64,000 nt of DNA from Planctomycetota bacterium (lineage in GTDB: Bacteria > Planctomycetota > B15-G4 > SIAN01). The notes beneath the pieces were generated by a model, which saw only the letters and a list, made by a program, of their open reading frames with translations, was not told the DNA's origin and made no database searches. Of this stretch, positions 27,616 through 36,513 are shown one piece after another; within the stretch, counting starts at the first letter, position 1; each line of letters starts with the position of its first letter. Location of the stretch: assembly GCA_031409275.1 (NCBI GenBank), contig JANNXA010000009.1:1-64000 (forward strand), in the 5' to 3' direction. Position numbers and translations under genes: made by a program.

Positions 27616-28632
27616 ATGAAGCATCTCATCCTTCCCGCGACACTCGCGCTGCTCGCGACGAGTCACGCTGCGCACGCGCAGTGCGACGGCACCGGCGCAC
27701 GACTCGATCTGCCGACGACGGTGGCGATCGGCGAGACGGTCACCGCGAGCATGCACGCGGATCCGCCGGCGACGACGGTGCTGCTGTTCGTGTCGCTCGG
27801 CGACGGGCCGGTGAGCGGCGGCAGCTACGGAACGCTGTGCGTCGACTTCCCGCCGATCACCTCGCTGGTGTTCGTGCTCGATCCCAATGGCGACGCCTCG
27901 TTCAGCGAGGAGATCCCTTGCGATCCCGCATTCATCGGCCAGACCTTCTACAACCAGTTCATCAGCTGCAGCCCGGGCAAGGGTCGCACGTCACACGGCT
28001 CGTCGAACATGGTTCCGGTGACCATCGTCGACGGCATCGGCAGCGACTCGTTCTGCACCTACACCCAGGAGAGCTGGGGCGATGACTGCCTCGGCGGGAA
28101 CATCGCGTGCCTGCTCGAGCAGGAGTTCGACAACCTCTACAAGGACTTCCTGATCGGCGATCCGGACGGCCGCAAAGACGGCGACGGCGTCTTCGCGGCG
28201 ACCTGGAAGAAGTCCGACAAACTGAAGAAGTTCCTGCCGATCTACGGGACGGCCGGAGTGCTCACCAGCGACGAGAAGGACCCCAAGACGCTGCCGGCTT
28301 GCGTGTTCGCGGGCGAACTGGTGGCGGCGAAGTTGAACGTCGATTTCGATGACGCCGGCCTCTTCGACGGCTCGAAGTGCCGCACCGACTTGAAGCTCGG
28401 CGATCTCGTCTTCGTGCAGGGAGTCTGTGCGGAGCTGATCGGAATGACCGTGCGGGACGTGATCGCACTGTCCGACCTCGCGATCGGCTGCGCGTTCGGC
28501 GTCGGTCCGATCGACGTGGACGGCGACGGCGACCTCGACTGCTCGATGACGGACCTGAGCAACGCGCTGAACGCTCTCAACCGCAACTTCGAGAACTGCT
28601 CGAACAACCTCGGCCACCTCGGGCTCCAGTGA
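27616..28632 (+). CDS. Secreted Cys/Asp-rich protein, paralogue 2 of 4
   Basis: Signal peptide ending AHA-QC; same conserved blocks as paralogue 1. Confidence 0.88.
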   Translation: MKHLILPATLALLATSHAAHAQCDGTGARLDLPTTVAIGETVTASMHADPPATTVLLFVSLGDGPVSGGSYGTLCVDFPPITSLVFVLDPNGDASFSEEIPCDPAFIGQTFYNQFISCSPGKGRTSHGSSNMVPVTIVDGIGSDSFCTYTQESWGDDCLGGNIACLLEQEFDNLYKDFLIGDPDGRKDGDGVFAATWKKSDKLKKFLPIYGTAGVLTSDEKDPKTLPACVFAGELVAAKLNVDFDDAGLFDGSKCRTDLKLGDLVFVQGVCAELIGMTVRDVIALSDLAIGCAFGVGPIDVDGDGDLDCSMTDLSNALNALNRNFENCSNNLGHLGLQ

Positions 28633-28697
28633 AAAACCAACAGCCCGACCATCGCGTCAGGAGTCCGGCCGACGACCAAGAATGACCAGGACCTTCG

Positions 28698-28739
28698 TCG
28701 GGGGCAGCCCGGGAGCAACGGGCTGCCCCCGAATTTTTT
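28698..28739 (+). terminator. Rho-independent terminator after paralogue 2
   Basis: TCGGGGGCAGCCCG-GGAGCAA-CGGGCTGCCCCCGA followed by ATTTTTT. Confidence 0.75.
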
Positions 28740-28788
28740 GGAACATTGCAGCTTCACGAGCTCTGAGCAGGGCCTGGTCCAGCACCCC

Positions 28789-28817
28789 TCGACGAAAGAT
28801 GCGCTCGGACCTACCGT
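28789..28817 (+). promoter_or_regulatory. Candidate sigma70-like promoter for paralogue 3
   Basis: TCGACG-N17-TACCGT. Confidence 0.45.
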
Positions 28818-28887
28818 GCCCTCCAACGATGAGTCGCGTGGCGCGACCCGTCGCCCCCCAACGTCACCTGTGATGAGGAGTTCTGCC

Positions 28888-29907
28888 TTGAAGAGTTTGC
28901 TGCTGCCCGCCGCGATCACGCTTCTAGCCGCATCGGGAACCGCGAGCGCGCAATGCGCCGGAACCGGCGCGACCCTGACCATCCAACCGACCGTCGCGAT
29001 CGGTGAGTCGGTCACCGTGAATCTCCACGCCGACCTGCCAGTGACGACCGTGCTGCTGTTCATTTCACTGGGCGATGGCCCAGTCAACGGCGGCAGCTAC
29101 GGCACGCTGTGCGTCGACTTCCCGCCGGTCACCTCGCTGCTGTTCGTGCTTGATCCGAACGGCGACGCCTCGTTCACCGAGGAAGTCCCGTGCGATCCGG
29201 CCTTCATCAACCAGACCTTCTACAACCAGTTCATCACCTGCAGCCCCGGCAAGGGCAGCGCGTCGCATGGTTCCTCGAACATGGTCGCGGTGACCATCGT
29301 CGACGGCATCGGCACTGACTCGTTCTGCACCTACACGCAGGAGAGCTGGGGCGCGGACTGCGCCGGCGGCAACATCGCCTGCCTGCTCGATTCGGAGTTC
29401 GCCAACCAGTTCCCGACCGGCTTCCTGATCGGCGACAGCGACGGCGTCTTCGACGGAGACTCGCTCTACGCGGCGCGCTGGGACAGTGCGGCGGCGCTGA
29501 ACACGTTCCTGCCGATCTACTTCAACCCCAACCCGCTGCTCGCCGACGCGATCGACCCGACCACGGTCTACGCCTGCGGCTTCGCGGGTGAACTGGTCGC
29601 GGCGAAGCTGAACGTCGCGTTCGACGACGCCGGCCTGTTCGACAGCTCGAAGTGCCGTGTCGACCTCAAGCTCGGCGACCTGGTCTTCGTGCAGAAGGTC
29701 AAGCCCGTGCTGATCGACTGGAGCGTGCGCGACGTGATCGCGCTCGCCGACCTGGCGATCTCGGGCGCCTTCCCGAACGGCCTGCTCGACGTCGATGGCG
29801 ACGGCGTGCTCGACTGCTCGATCGCGGACCTTTCCGACGCGCTCAACTCGGTGAACCGCAACTTCGAGAACTGTGCGAACAACCTCGGCTACCTCGGCAT
29901 CCCGTAA
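28888..29907 (+). CDS. Secreted Cys/Asp-rich protein, paralogue 3 of 4
   Basis: GAGGAG RBS before TTG 28888; signal peptide ending ASA-QC; conserved blocks present. Confidence 0.85.
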   Translation: MKSLLLPAAITLLAASGTASAQCAGTGATLTIQPTVAIGESVTVNLHADLPVTTVLLFISLGDGPVNGGSYGTLCVDFPPVTSLLFVLDPNGDASFTEEVPCDPAFINQTFYNQFITCSPGKGSASHGSSNMVAVTIVDGIGTDSFCTYTQESWGADCAGGNIACLLDSEFANQFPTGFLIGDSDGVFDGDSLYAARWDSAAALNTFLPIYFNPNPLLADAIDPTTVYACGFAGELVAAKLNVAFDDAGLFDSSKCRVDLKLGDLVFVQKVKPVLIDWSVRDVIALADLAISGAFPNGLLDVDGDGVLDCSIADLSDALNSVNRNFENCANNLGYLGIP

Positions 29908-29946
29908 TCGAGTGCCGCGCTCCAGCGGCTGACCAGACGATCTGCT

Positions 29947-29983
29947 GCGGGCGGCTCCACGACGGGGCCGCCCGCTTCTCGTT
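29947..29983 (+). terminator. Hairpin/terminator after paralogue 3
   Basis: GCGGGCGGCTCC-ACGAC-GGGGCCGCCCGC followed by TTCTCGTT. Confidence 0.5.
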
Positions 29984-30051
29984 GGCACGCAGGTGGACGC
30001 GACCACGCCACATTCGGCGGGGACTCCGTCATCGGCCGTGGTGACGCGTCC

Positions 30052-30080
30052 TTGACGACCTAAGGGAAACCACGTAACAC
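30052..30080 (+). promoter_or_regulatory. Candidate sigma70-like promoter for paralogue 4
   Basis: TTGACG-N17-TAACAC. Confidence 0.45.
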
Positions 30081-30166
30081 GTCCCTGCGATTTGCCGGGT
30101 CAGGGGCTTCGGCGAACGTCGGTCGCAAGACCGTCCCCCCTTTCCAAGTTGAAGTGAGGAATCACC

Positions 30167-31192
30167 GTGAATCGATCGTTCGTCCCATCCGCAGCGTTGC
30201 TGCTCGGATCGCTCGCTGCGCCGGCGTTCGGCCAGTGCGGAGGCACCGGCGCCACCCTTACCCTGCCGTCCACGGTCGCCATCGGCGACATCGTGACGGC
30301 GGACATGCACGCCGATCCACCGGCCACGACCATCCTGCTGTTCTCGTCGCTCGGTGATGGCCCCTTCGATGCCGGCACCTACGGCACCCTCTGCCTCGAC
30401 TTCCCGCCGATCCTCCAGCAGATCTTCCTGCTCGACCAGAACGGGGATGCGTCGTACTCCGACGAGATCCCGTGCGATCCGGCCTTCATCGGCCAGATCT
30501 TCTATGTGCAGTTCATCACCTGCAGCCCGGGCAAGGGCAAGACCTCGCACGGCTCGTCGAACATGGTCTCGGTGACCATCATCGACGGCATCGGCAGCGA
30601 CTCCTTCTGCACCTACACGCAGGAGGACTTCAACACGGAGTGCGTCAAGGGCGGCGCCGCTGGCTGCCTGCTCCAGGACCACTTCGAGCACGTCTTCCCG
30701 AACGGGATCTTGATCGGCGACCAGGACGGCAACCTCGCCGACAATTGCTACTCGACGCTCTGGGACAACCCGAACGCGGTCGAGAACTACCTGATGCAGA
30801 AGACCGGCTGCGGCCAGCTCACGGGCGACCACCGCAACCCCAAGTCCGAGTCGGGCTTCCGCTTCGGCGCGGAACTGCTCACCGCGAAGCTCAACGTCGG
30901 CTTCGATGACGGCGGCATCTACGACGGCTCCAAGTGCCGCATCGACCTCAAGATCGGCGACCTGGTGTTCATCGGCTGCGTCGACGAGGACCTGATCGGC
31001 TGGACGGTGCGCGACCTCCTCGACCTCTGCGACGCGGCGATCTCCTGCGAGCTCGGCAAGGGCCCGTTCGACATCGACGGCGACAAGATCGCGGACGTGA
31101 CCTGCGACGATCTCGCGGACGCGCTCGCCGCGTTCAACGAGAACTTCCGCGCCTGCGCGGTCGACAACGGCTGCCTCGGCCTCGACAGCTGA
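30167..31192 (+). CDS. Secreted Cys/Asp-rich protein, paralogue 4 of 4
   Basis: GAGGA RBS before GTG; signal peptide ending AFG-QC; conserved blocks plus extra Cys residues. Confidence 0.88.
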   Translation: MNRSFVPSAALLLGSLAAPAFGQCGGTGATLTLPSTVAIGDIVTADMHADPPATTILLFSSLGDGPFDAGTYGTLCLDFPPILQQIFLLDQNGDASYSDEIPCDPAFIGQIFYVQFITCSPGKGKTSHGSSNMVSVTIIDGIGSDSFCTYTQEDFNTECVKGGAAGCLLQDHFEHVFPNGILIGDQDGNLADNCYSTLWDNPNAVENYLMQKTGCGQLTGDHRNPKSESGFRFGAELLTAKLNVGFDDGGIYDGSKCRIDLKIGDLVFIGCVDEDLIGWTVRDLLDLCDAAISCELGKGPFDIDGDKIADVTCDDLADALAAFNENFRACAVDNGCLGLDS

Positions 31193-31221
31193 GCGACCGC
31201 TCGAGTTCTTGACGATTGGCG

Positions 31222-31261
31222 CCGGGGCGGCCGCGACGAGCGGCCGCCCCGGTTCTTTTTT
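31222..31261 (+). terminator. Rho-independent terminator after paralogue 4
   Basis: CCGGGGCGGCCGC-GACGA-GCGGCCGCCCCGG followed by TTCTTTTTT. Confidence 0.85.
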
Positions 31262-31289
31262 CGGGCGATCTCGGTTCAATGGCGCGCCC

Positions 31290-32078
31290 ATGAAACGTCC
31301 GACCTCGCCTTCACTCGATCGCCACGAGCTCTATGAACTCTGCACGCAGACGCCGCAGCGCGACGTCCGGCTGCTGCGGGCGATCCACGGCGGCTCCCCG
31401 CGCGTGCTCGGCGAGGACTTCGCCGGGACCGCGGCGCTGTCGCGGGCGTGGGTGCGGCTGGTCGCCGACGGCCGCGCCATCGCGGTCGACCACGACCCGG
31501 AGCCGCTCGCGCGCGCGAAACGGGCGACTCGCGTCGTCCGCCACGTCGCCGACGTCCAGGCGGTGCGGAGTCGCTGCGACCTGCTGGTCGCGTTCAACTT
31601 CTCGATCGGCGAGTTCCACCAGCGCAAGGCGCTCGTGAACTACCTGCGCCATGCGCGCAGCCGCCTTTCGAAAGGCGGACTCTTCGCGTGCGACCTCTAC
31701 GGCGGCAACGGCGCCTTCACCACGGGCACGCTGCGCGAGACACGCGAGCTCCCGACCGGCGGCCATGTCCGCTACGCCTGGGAGCAGCGCGGCGCCGACC
31801 GAATCACCCACGAAGTCGAGAACGCGCTCCACTTCCGCGTCGAGCCGGCGCACGGAGGCGCGGCGCAGGTGCAGCGCGATGCCTTCGTCTACCGCTGGCG
31901 CCTCTGGTCGCTGCCGGAGCTGCGCGACGCGCTCGATGAGGCCGGCTTCTCGTCATGCGAAGTCTGGTCGCGTTTCGAGCACGCGATCGACGGACGCGGC
32001 CAGCTCCATCCGTTGCGGCACCGGACCGGCTCCGATCTGCCGGAGGAGTGGTGCGTCTTCGTGATCGGACGGCGCTGA
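31290..32078 (+). CDS. Class I SAM-dependent methyltransferase
   Basis: Motif I variant LGEDFAGTAALS, AVDHDPEPL, DLLVAFNFS, GGLFACDLYGG, FVYRWRLWSLPE. Confidence 0.82.
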   Translation: MKRPTSPSLDRHELYELCTQTPQRDVRLLRAIHGGSPRVLGEDFAGTAALSRAWVRLVADGRAIAVDHDPEPLARAKRATRVVRHVADVQAVRSRCDLLVAFNFSIGEFHQRKALVNYLRHARSRLSKGGLFACDLYGGNGAFTTGTLRETRELPTGGHVRYAWEQRGADRITHEVENALHFRVEPAHGGAAQVQRDAFVYRWRLWSLPELRDALDEAGFSSCEVWSRFEHAIDGRGQLHPLRHRTGSDLPEEWCVFVIGRR

Positions 32079-32080
32079 CG

Positions 32081-33226
32081 ATGGAACCGCAGAGTGGGCG
32101 CATCGACCTGGGCAGCGAGGCGGCATCCGGCCGTTTCGATGGCGAACGTTGGAGCGCGACACCGAGCGTGCTGCGCGGCGGCGTGCGCGAGGGCGTCGCG
32201 GTCGTCGAACTGCGCTGCGGTGATTGGCGCTGCATCGTCGTGCCCACGCGCGGAATGGCGATCTGGAAGGCGTGGTGGCGCGACGTCGAACTCGGCTGGC
32301 AGGCGCCCGCGGCGGGGCCGGTCCATCCGACGTTCGTGCCGCTCGCCGAGCCGTCGGGCTTCGGCTGGCTCGACGGCTTCGACGAGCTGCTCTGCCGTTG
32401 CGGGCTCGAGAGCAACGGCGCGCCGGAGTGGGACGCGAGCGGGCGGCTGCGCTACGGGTTGCACGGCCGCGTCGGCAACCTGCCCGCGCACACGCTGCAG
32501 CTCTCGATCGATGCCGCGACCCGTTCGATCGCGCTGCACGGCATTGTCGACGAGACGCGCCTGTTCGGGCGCAAGCTGCGACTCGAATCGACGACACGCC
32601 TCTTCCTCGACGTGCCACGCATCGACGTGAGCGACGCCGTCACCAATCGTTCCGGCGAGGCGACCGACGCGCAGCTGCTCTACCACATCAACTTCGGCGC
32701 TCCGCTCGCCGTGGCTGGCGCGCGGTTGCGGGCGCCGGTACGCGAGCTCCACCCGCGCGACGCGCGTGCGGCGGCCCGCTTCGACGAGTGGGACCGACTC
32801 GGCGCGGCCGAGGCGCAGCGCCCGGAGGAGGTCTTCTTCGCGACGCTGCACGCTGACGACGCTGGACGCACGCGCGTGCTGCTCGAAGGCGCGAGCGGCA
32901 CGCAGGGAGTGAGCCTCGCGTGGGACGCGACCGCGCTGCCTTGCTTCAGCCTCTGGAAGAACCCGCAGCTCCCCGCCGACGGCTGCGTCACGGGACTCGA
33001 ACCGGCCACCAACTATCCGAACGGGCGCAGCTTCGAAGAGCGGCACGGCCGCGTCATGCGGCTCGCCGCGGGCGCGTCGCAGCGCTTCGAGCTATCGCTC
33101 GAGTTCCACGCCGATGCGGCCTCGGTGGCGCGCGCGCGCTTCGCGATCGAAGCGTTGCAGTCTCGTGCGCCGGCGCATCTCCACTCCAAGCCGCGCGCGG
33201 ACTGGTCGCCTGCAGGAGGCGGATGA
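32081..33226 (+). CDS. Aldose 1-epimerase-like (DUF4432) protein
   Basis: VPTRGMAI, GWLDGFDELLCRCGL, LHGRVGNLPA, LLYHINFGAP, GLEPATNYPN. Confidence 0.88.
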   Translation: MEPQSGRIDLGSEAASGRFDGERWSATPSVLRGGVREGVAVVELRCGDWRCIVVPTRGMAIWKAWWRDVELGWQAPAAGPVHPTFVPLAEPSGFGWLDGFDELLCRCGLESNGAPEWDASGRLRYGLHGRVGNLPAHTLQLSIDAATRSIALHGIVDETRLFGRKLRLESTTRLFLDVPRIDVSDAVTNRSGEATDAQLLYHINFGAPLAVAGARLRAPVRELHPRDARAAARFDEWDRLGAAEAQRPEEVFFATLHADDAGRTRVLLEGASGTQGVSLAWDATALPCFSLWKNPQLPADGCVTGLEPATNYPNGRSFEERHGRVMRLAAGASQRFELSLEFHADAASVARARFAIEALQSRAPAHLHSKPRADWSPAGGG

Positions 33227-33259
33227 GGCGACGCGAACGCTGCCGGACGAGCCGGCCGT

Positions 33260-34849
33260 TCAGGTCGCGGGTCGACGACGGAAGCGCGCCCGAATCAGCA
33301 CGCGCTCGTCGCGAGTGGTCGCGGTCCAGAGCCCGAGGACGGCCGCCGGCAAAGTCACCACGACACCGCGCAGCAGGAACGTCAGCAGCGAATGGACGGG
33401 GATCGCGTCGGCGACCAGCGCGTCGATCGCTCCCATCGCCAGGATCGGCGGGACCGCCGCGCGCAAGGTGTCGAAGAGGAAGCGCTTCCAGTCGAGCTCG
33501 AGCTCGCGCAGCAGGTGACGAGGCTGCACGAAGCCCTGCATGATCGCGACCGGGATCAGCGTGGCGACGGCGACGCCGACCAATCCGTAGCGGCGCACCA
33601 GGTAGATGCTGAGCGCGACGTTGATCAGCGCCTCGACCAGCACGAGGCCGCCGAGGTAGCGCACCTCGCGCATCGCGAACAGCGCTTGCCGCCCGGCGCT
33701 CTGGCTGGCGCGGATCAACGTCGCGAAGCCCAGGATGGTGAGCACGACGGCCGACGTCGGGAAGAGCTCGCCGGCGACGAAGCTCGGCTTCATCCAGATC
33801 GACAGGAACTCCTGGCCGAGGAAGAGCATCCCGCCGGCGATCAGCGCGGCGAGCAGCGTGACGCCGCGCGTGCCGCTCCGCAGCAGTCGGCGCACATCGT
33901 CGATCTGGCCGATCGCGAAGCGCCCGGTGAAGTGCGGCGTGAACGACCACGTCACCGACTGCACCATCTGCATGAAGTACGGGATCAGCGTGGTCGCCGG
34001 GACCGCGTAGTAGGCCACCGCGACTTCGTCATGGAGCGCCTGCATGATCACGAAGCCGCTGGTGTAGAGCAGCACCGTGTCGCCGACGTTGACCAGGACG
34101 TTGAAGCCGCCGTAGGCGAAGAGCTCGCGTGCGGCCGCCTTCGTGCAGCGCTTGAACGAAAGCGAGAGCGACGGCAGGACGCGGTAGGCGCAGACGATCG
34201 ACGCGATCCAGCCCAGCACGTTGCAACCGATCGCGACGCACGCCAGCCCGATCAAGCCGTGGCCAGCGCGCAACACCCACCAGGTCAGCGCCGCGCGCAC
34301 CAGCACCTGGCTGATGCCGATGGCGTTCTGGATGCCGATGCGCTGCACGGAGTAGATGACGGTGCCGTAGAGCGCCATCGGGAAGGAGAGCGCGAAGCCG
34401 GCCCCCATCACCCAGACCACGATCCGCAAGGTCTGAGGATTGTCGAGAGCCGACTTCGTGTCGACGACGTTCTCGCCCGTCGCAGCCTTGAGCTCGTTGA
34501 TCCAGCGGTACCAATCGGGCAGCCGATCGCCGGCGAACCACGACACCAGAGCGGCCACCAGCGCCACGCCGAGCATGAGCGCCATCGCCGTGCTGAGCGT
34601 CTGATTGACTCGCTCCTCGTCGCGCTTTGCGTGGTACGTCGCGACGTAGTGACCGACTGCCGAACGGATGCCGACGTCGAGCAACCCGTAGTAGCCGACG
34701 AACGAGACCACCAGCGACCAGATGCCGTAGGCGCCTTTGCCGAGGGTATCGATCACGTATGGGGTCAGCGCGAAGGCGACGACGACGTTGATCGCGTAGC
34801 CGAGCGAGTTGCTGCCGACGTTCTTCAGGATGGTGCGAGAGGTGGACAT
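33260..34849 (-). CDS. Oligosaccharide flippase (Wzx/MOP family)
   Basis: About 12-14 TM segments; TPYVIDTLGKGAYGIWSLV..YYGLLDVGI; NVALSIYLV..YGLVGVAVAT. Confidence 0.88.
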   Translation of the reverse strand: MSTSRTILKNVGSNSLGYAINVVVAFALTPYVIDTLGKGAYGIWSLVVSFVGYYGLLDVGIRSAVGHYVATYHAKRDEERVNQTLSTAMALMLGVALVAALVSWFAGDRLPDWYRWINELKAATGENVVDTKSALDNPQTLRIVVWVMGAGFALSFPMALYGTVIYSVQRIGIQNAIGISQVLVRAALTWWVLRAGHGLIGLACVAIGCNVLGWIASIVCAYRVLPSLSLSFKRCTKAAARELFAYGGFNVLVNVGDTVLLYTSGFVIMQALHDEVAVAYYAVPATTLIPYFMQMVQSVTWSFTPHFTGRFAIGQIDDVRRLLRSGTRGVTLLAALIAGGMLFLGQEFLSIWMKPSFVAGELFPTSAVVLTILGFATLIRASQSAGRQALFAMREVRYLGGLVLVEALINVALSIYLVRRYGLVGVAVATLIPVAIMQGFVQPRHLLRELELDWKRFLFDTLRAAVPPILAMGAIDALVADAIPVHSLLTFLLRGVVVTLPAAVLGLWTATTRDERVLIRARFRRRPAT

Positions 34850-34971
34850 GGGGCGAGGAGGAAGAATGGTCGCCAATCGTGCAGTGTCAAGCGCGCGAGA
34901 CGAGGACTCCTCCAGAGTCGACGCGCGGTCAGCGGCGGCGGCTCCCTCGGGCGCGACAGGCAGGCGTCGCG

Positions 34972-35343
34972 TCAGAGCAGTCTCCAGGCGCTCTCTGGCT
35001 GCGCCTGGAGCGCGACATCGAGCTGCGTCGCTTCGACCCAGGTGAGCTCAACGCCGACCAGGTAGCCGCCTTCGACCCGTGCACAGCGCGCCACCCGGCC
35101 AAGCGCCGAGAGCGGCGGTCCACCGAACCCGCGCTCGATCTCGAGTGCCAGCGCGCTGTCGACGGCCAACTCGGCCTCGACGCGGAACGCAAGGCCCCCA
35201 TCGCTGAAGTCGCACGAGGTGGCGCCGCGCATCTCAGCGGCATCGATCGCCGCCGCTGGATGGTGTCCAGTCAGGTCGACCTGCTGCCAACGCACCTGGA
35301 GCGCCAGCGCTCTCCGCGGATGCTTGCGCCGCTCGATCGCCAT
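34972..35343 (-). CDS. Stand-alone PilZ domain protein
   Basis: ERRKHPR (RxxxR) and DFSDGG (DxSxxG) c-di-GMP motifs; GRVARC..YLVGVE. Confidence 0.85.
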   Translation of the reverse strand: MAIERRKHPRRALALQVRWQQVDLTGHHPAAAIDAAEMRGATSCDFSDGGLAFRVEAELAVDSALALEIERGFGGPPLSALGRVARCARVEGGYLVGVELTWVEATQLDVALQAQPESAWRLL

Positions 35344-35465
35344 GAAGCCCCTCCGACGCCGCGATGGCGCCAAACGATGCCCCTCCATGAGCAAGATCGA
35401 CTGCGACGCCCGCGCCACTGCGCGCTGGCCTGCGCGCGATCAACGGAAAGCCTTGCGCCTCGACG

Positions 35466-36074
35466 TCAGCGCACCGGCGCGCGGTTCCGAGGGCCCTTGT
35501 CGATGACCACGGAGATGAGGTCATCTCCAGCGGCGACCGCATCGCGCGGCGAGCTGTAGCTGCCGTCCATCCGACCGTTGGGTCCCGCGGAGATGACGAT
35601 GCAGTCGCGGTCGTCGTCGTTCGCGAGCGGGTAGACGACGACGACGTAGCTGTAGCCCCACGGATCGGCGGTCAGCGGTTCGAGGTAGGGCCCCTTCCAG
35701 TTGGGGTAGCCCTCGCGCCCCGCCCCTTGCGGCCGGTTGGCGACAAGATGATCGGTGAGGTTGCCTTGGTGCTCGTCGGCGTAGTAGTAGGTCCGCTCGG
35801 CGATCAGGCCGGGACCGAGCAGGCGGTAGAGCACCCGCGGATCGCCACTCTTGCCACGGGTCGGCGGAAGCCCCGTATCGGCCATGAATCGGTGGATGCC
35901 GTCGGCGATGCGGGCCATCGCCTGGAGCGCCTCGTGCTCGGTGCGCCAGAGGTGCCAGGTTCGAACGCTCGGCAGAAGCAGCCCCGCCAGCATCACGACC
36001 AACGACGCGCTGATGGCCAGTTGGACCGTACGCGGTGGAAAGACGTCGGGTCGGCCGGAAGCCGGACGAGTCAT
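35466..36074 (-). CDS. GspG-like pseudopilin-domain protein
   Basis: N-terminal TM, amphipathic helix ...FMADTGLPP, and the GspG C-terminal signature NWKGPYL...DPWG..Y...ISAGPNG. Confidence 0.75.
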   Translation of the reverse strand: MTRPASGRPDVFPPRTVQLAISASLVVMLAGLLLPSVRTWHLWRTEHEALQAMARIADGIHRFMADTGLPPTRGKSGDPRVLYRLLGPGLIAERTYYYADEHQGNLTDHLVANRPQGAGREGYPNWKGPYLEPLTADPWGYSYVVVVYPLANDDDRDCIVISAGPNGRMDGSYSSPRDAVAAGDDLISVVIDKGPRNRAPVR

Positions 36075-36195
36075 CAGCGGCTCCGTCGAAGGATGCTCAC
36101 GGTTCGGCTCGACTCCGCGACCGGCTTGATCCGATTCGGCGCGAGCCCACGATCGCGCTTTTGAGATCGGCTGGGTCGGTGCTGTTTTAGAACCT

Positions 36196-36224
36196 TTTAT
36201 AGTTCGGAATGCGATCTGTATCAG
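36196..36224 (-). promoter_or_regulatory. Candidate sigma70 promoter for the GspG-like gene
   Basis: Minus strand CTGATA-N17-TATAAA within a conspicuously AT-rich patch. Confidence 0.45.
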
Positions 36225-36488
36225 GAACATCCCGGACGAACGCACTGTTGACTTGCCGTTCCCCGGCGGAATCCTAAGCGCACTTCGTACGTCGCACCGT
36301 CCACAGCGCCCCACGGCTTGCCAGAACGGCTCCGAGGGGCACGCGATGAAGAAGCTGCTGCAGGGCGCTAGGCGAGCGCTCCGCAGATGGGAACGATCGA
36401 GCGCTCGCGTCCGGGTGGCGACCCGAACGCGCGGCGGCAGGCCGAGTCGTGCTGGCACGGCTCGCTGCATCGGGAGGAAGAAGCGTCA

Positions 36489-36513
36489 CGGTCCGGGCTC
36501 CGGGCCGTTTTTT
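36489..36513 (+). terminator. Terminator-like hairpin in the leader upstream of the porin gene
   Basis: CGGTCCGG-GCT-CCGGGCCG followed by T6. Confidence 0.5.

Noticed and set aside
26350..31192. Diversity-generating retroelement or CRISPR-like array
   Set aside because: The repeats are whole paralogous genes; there is no reverse transcriptase, no adenine-specific TR/VR pair and no short repeat-spacer periodicity.
36453..36469. Sigma54 promoter TGGCACGGCTCGCTGCA
   Set aside because: GG-to-GC spacing is 11 (or 8) nt rather than the required 10.
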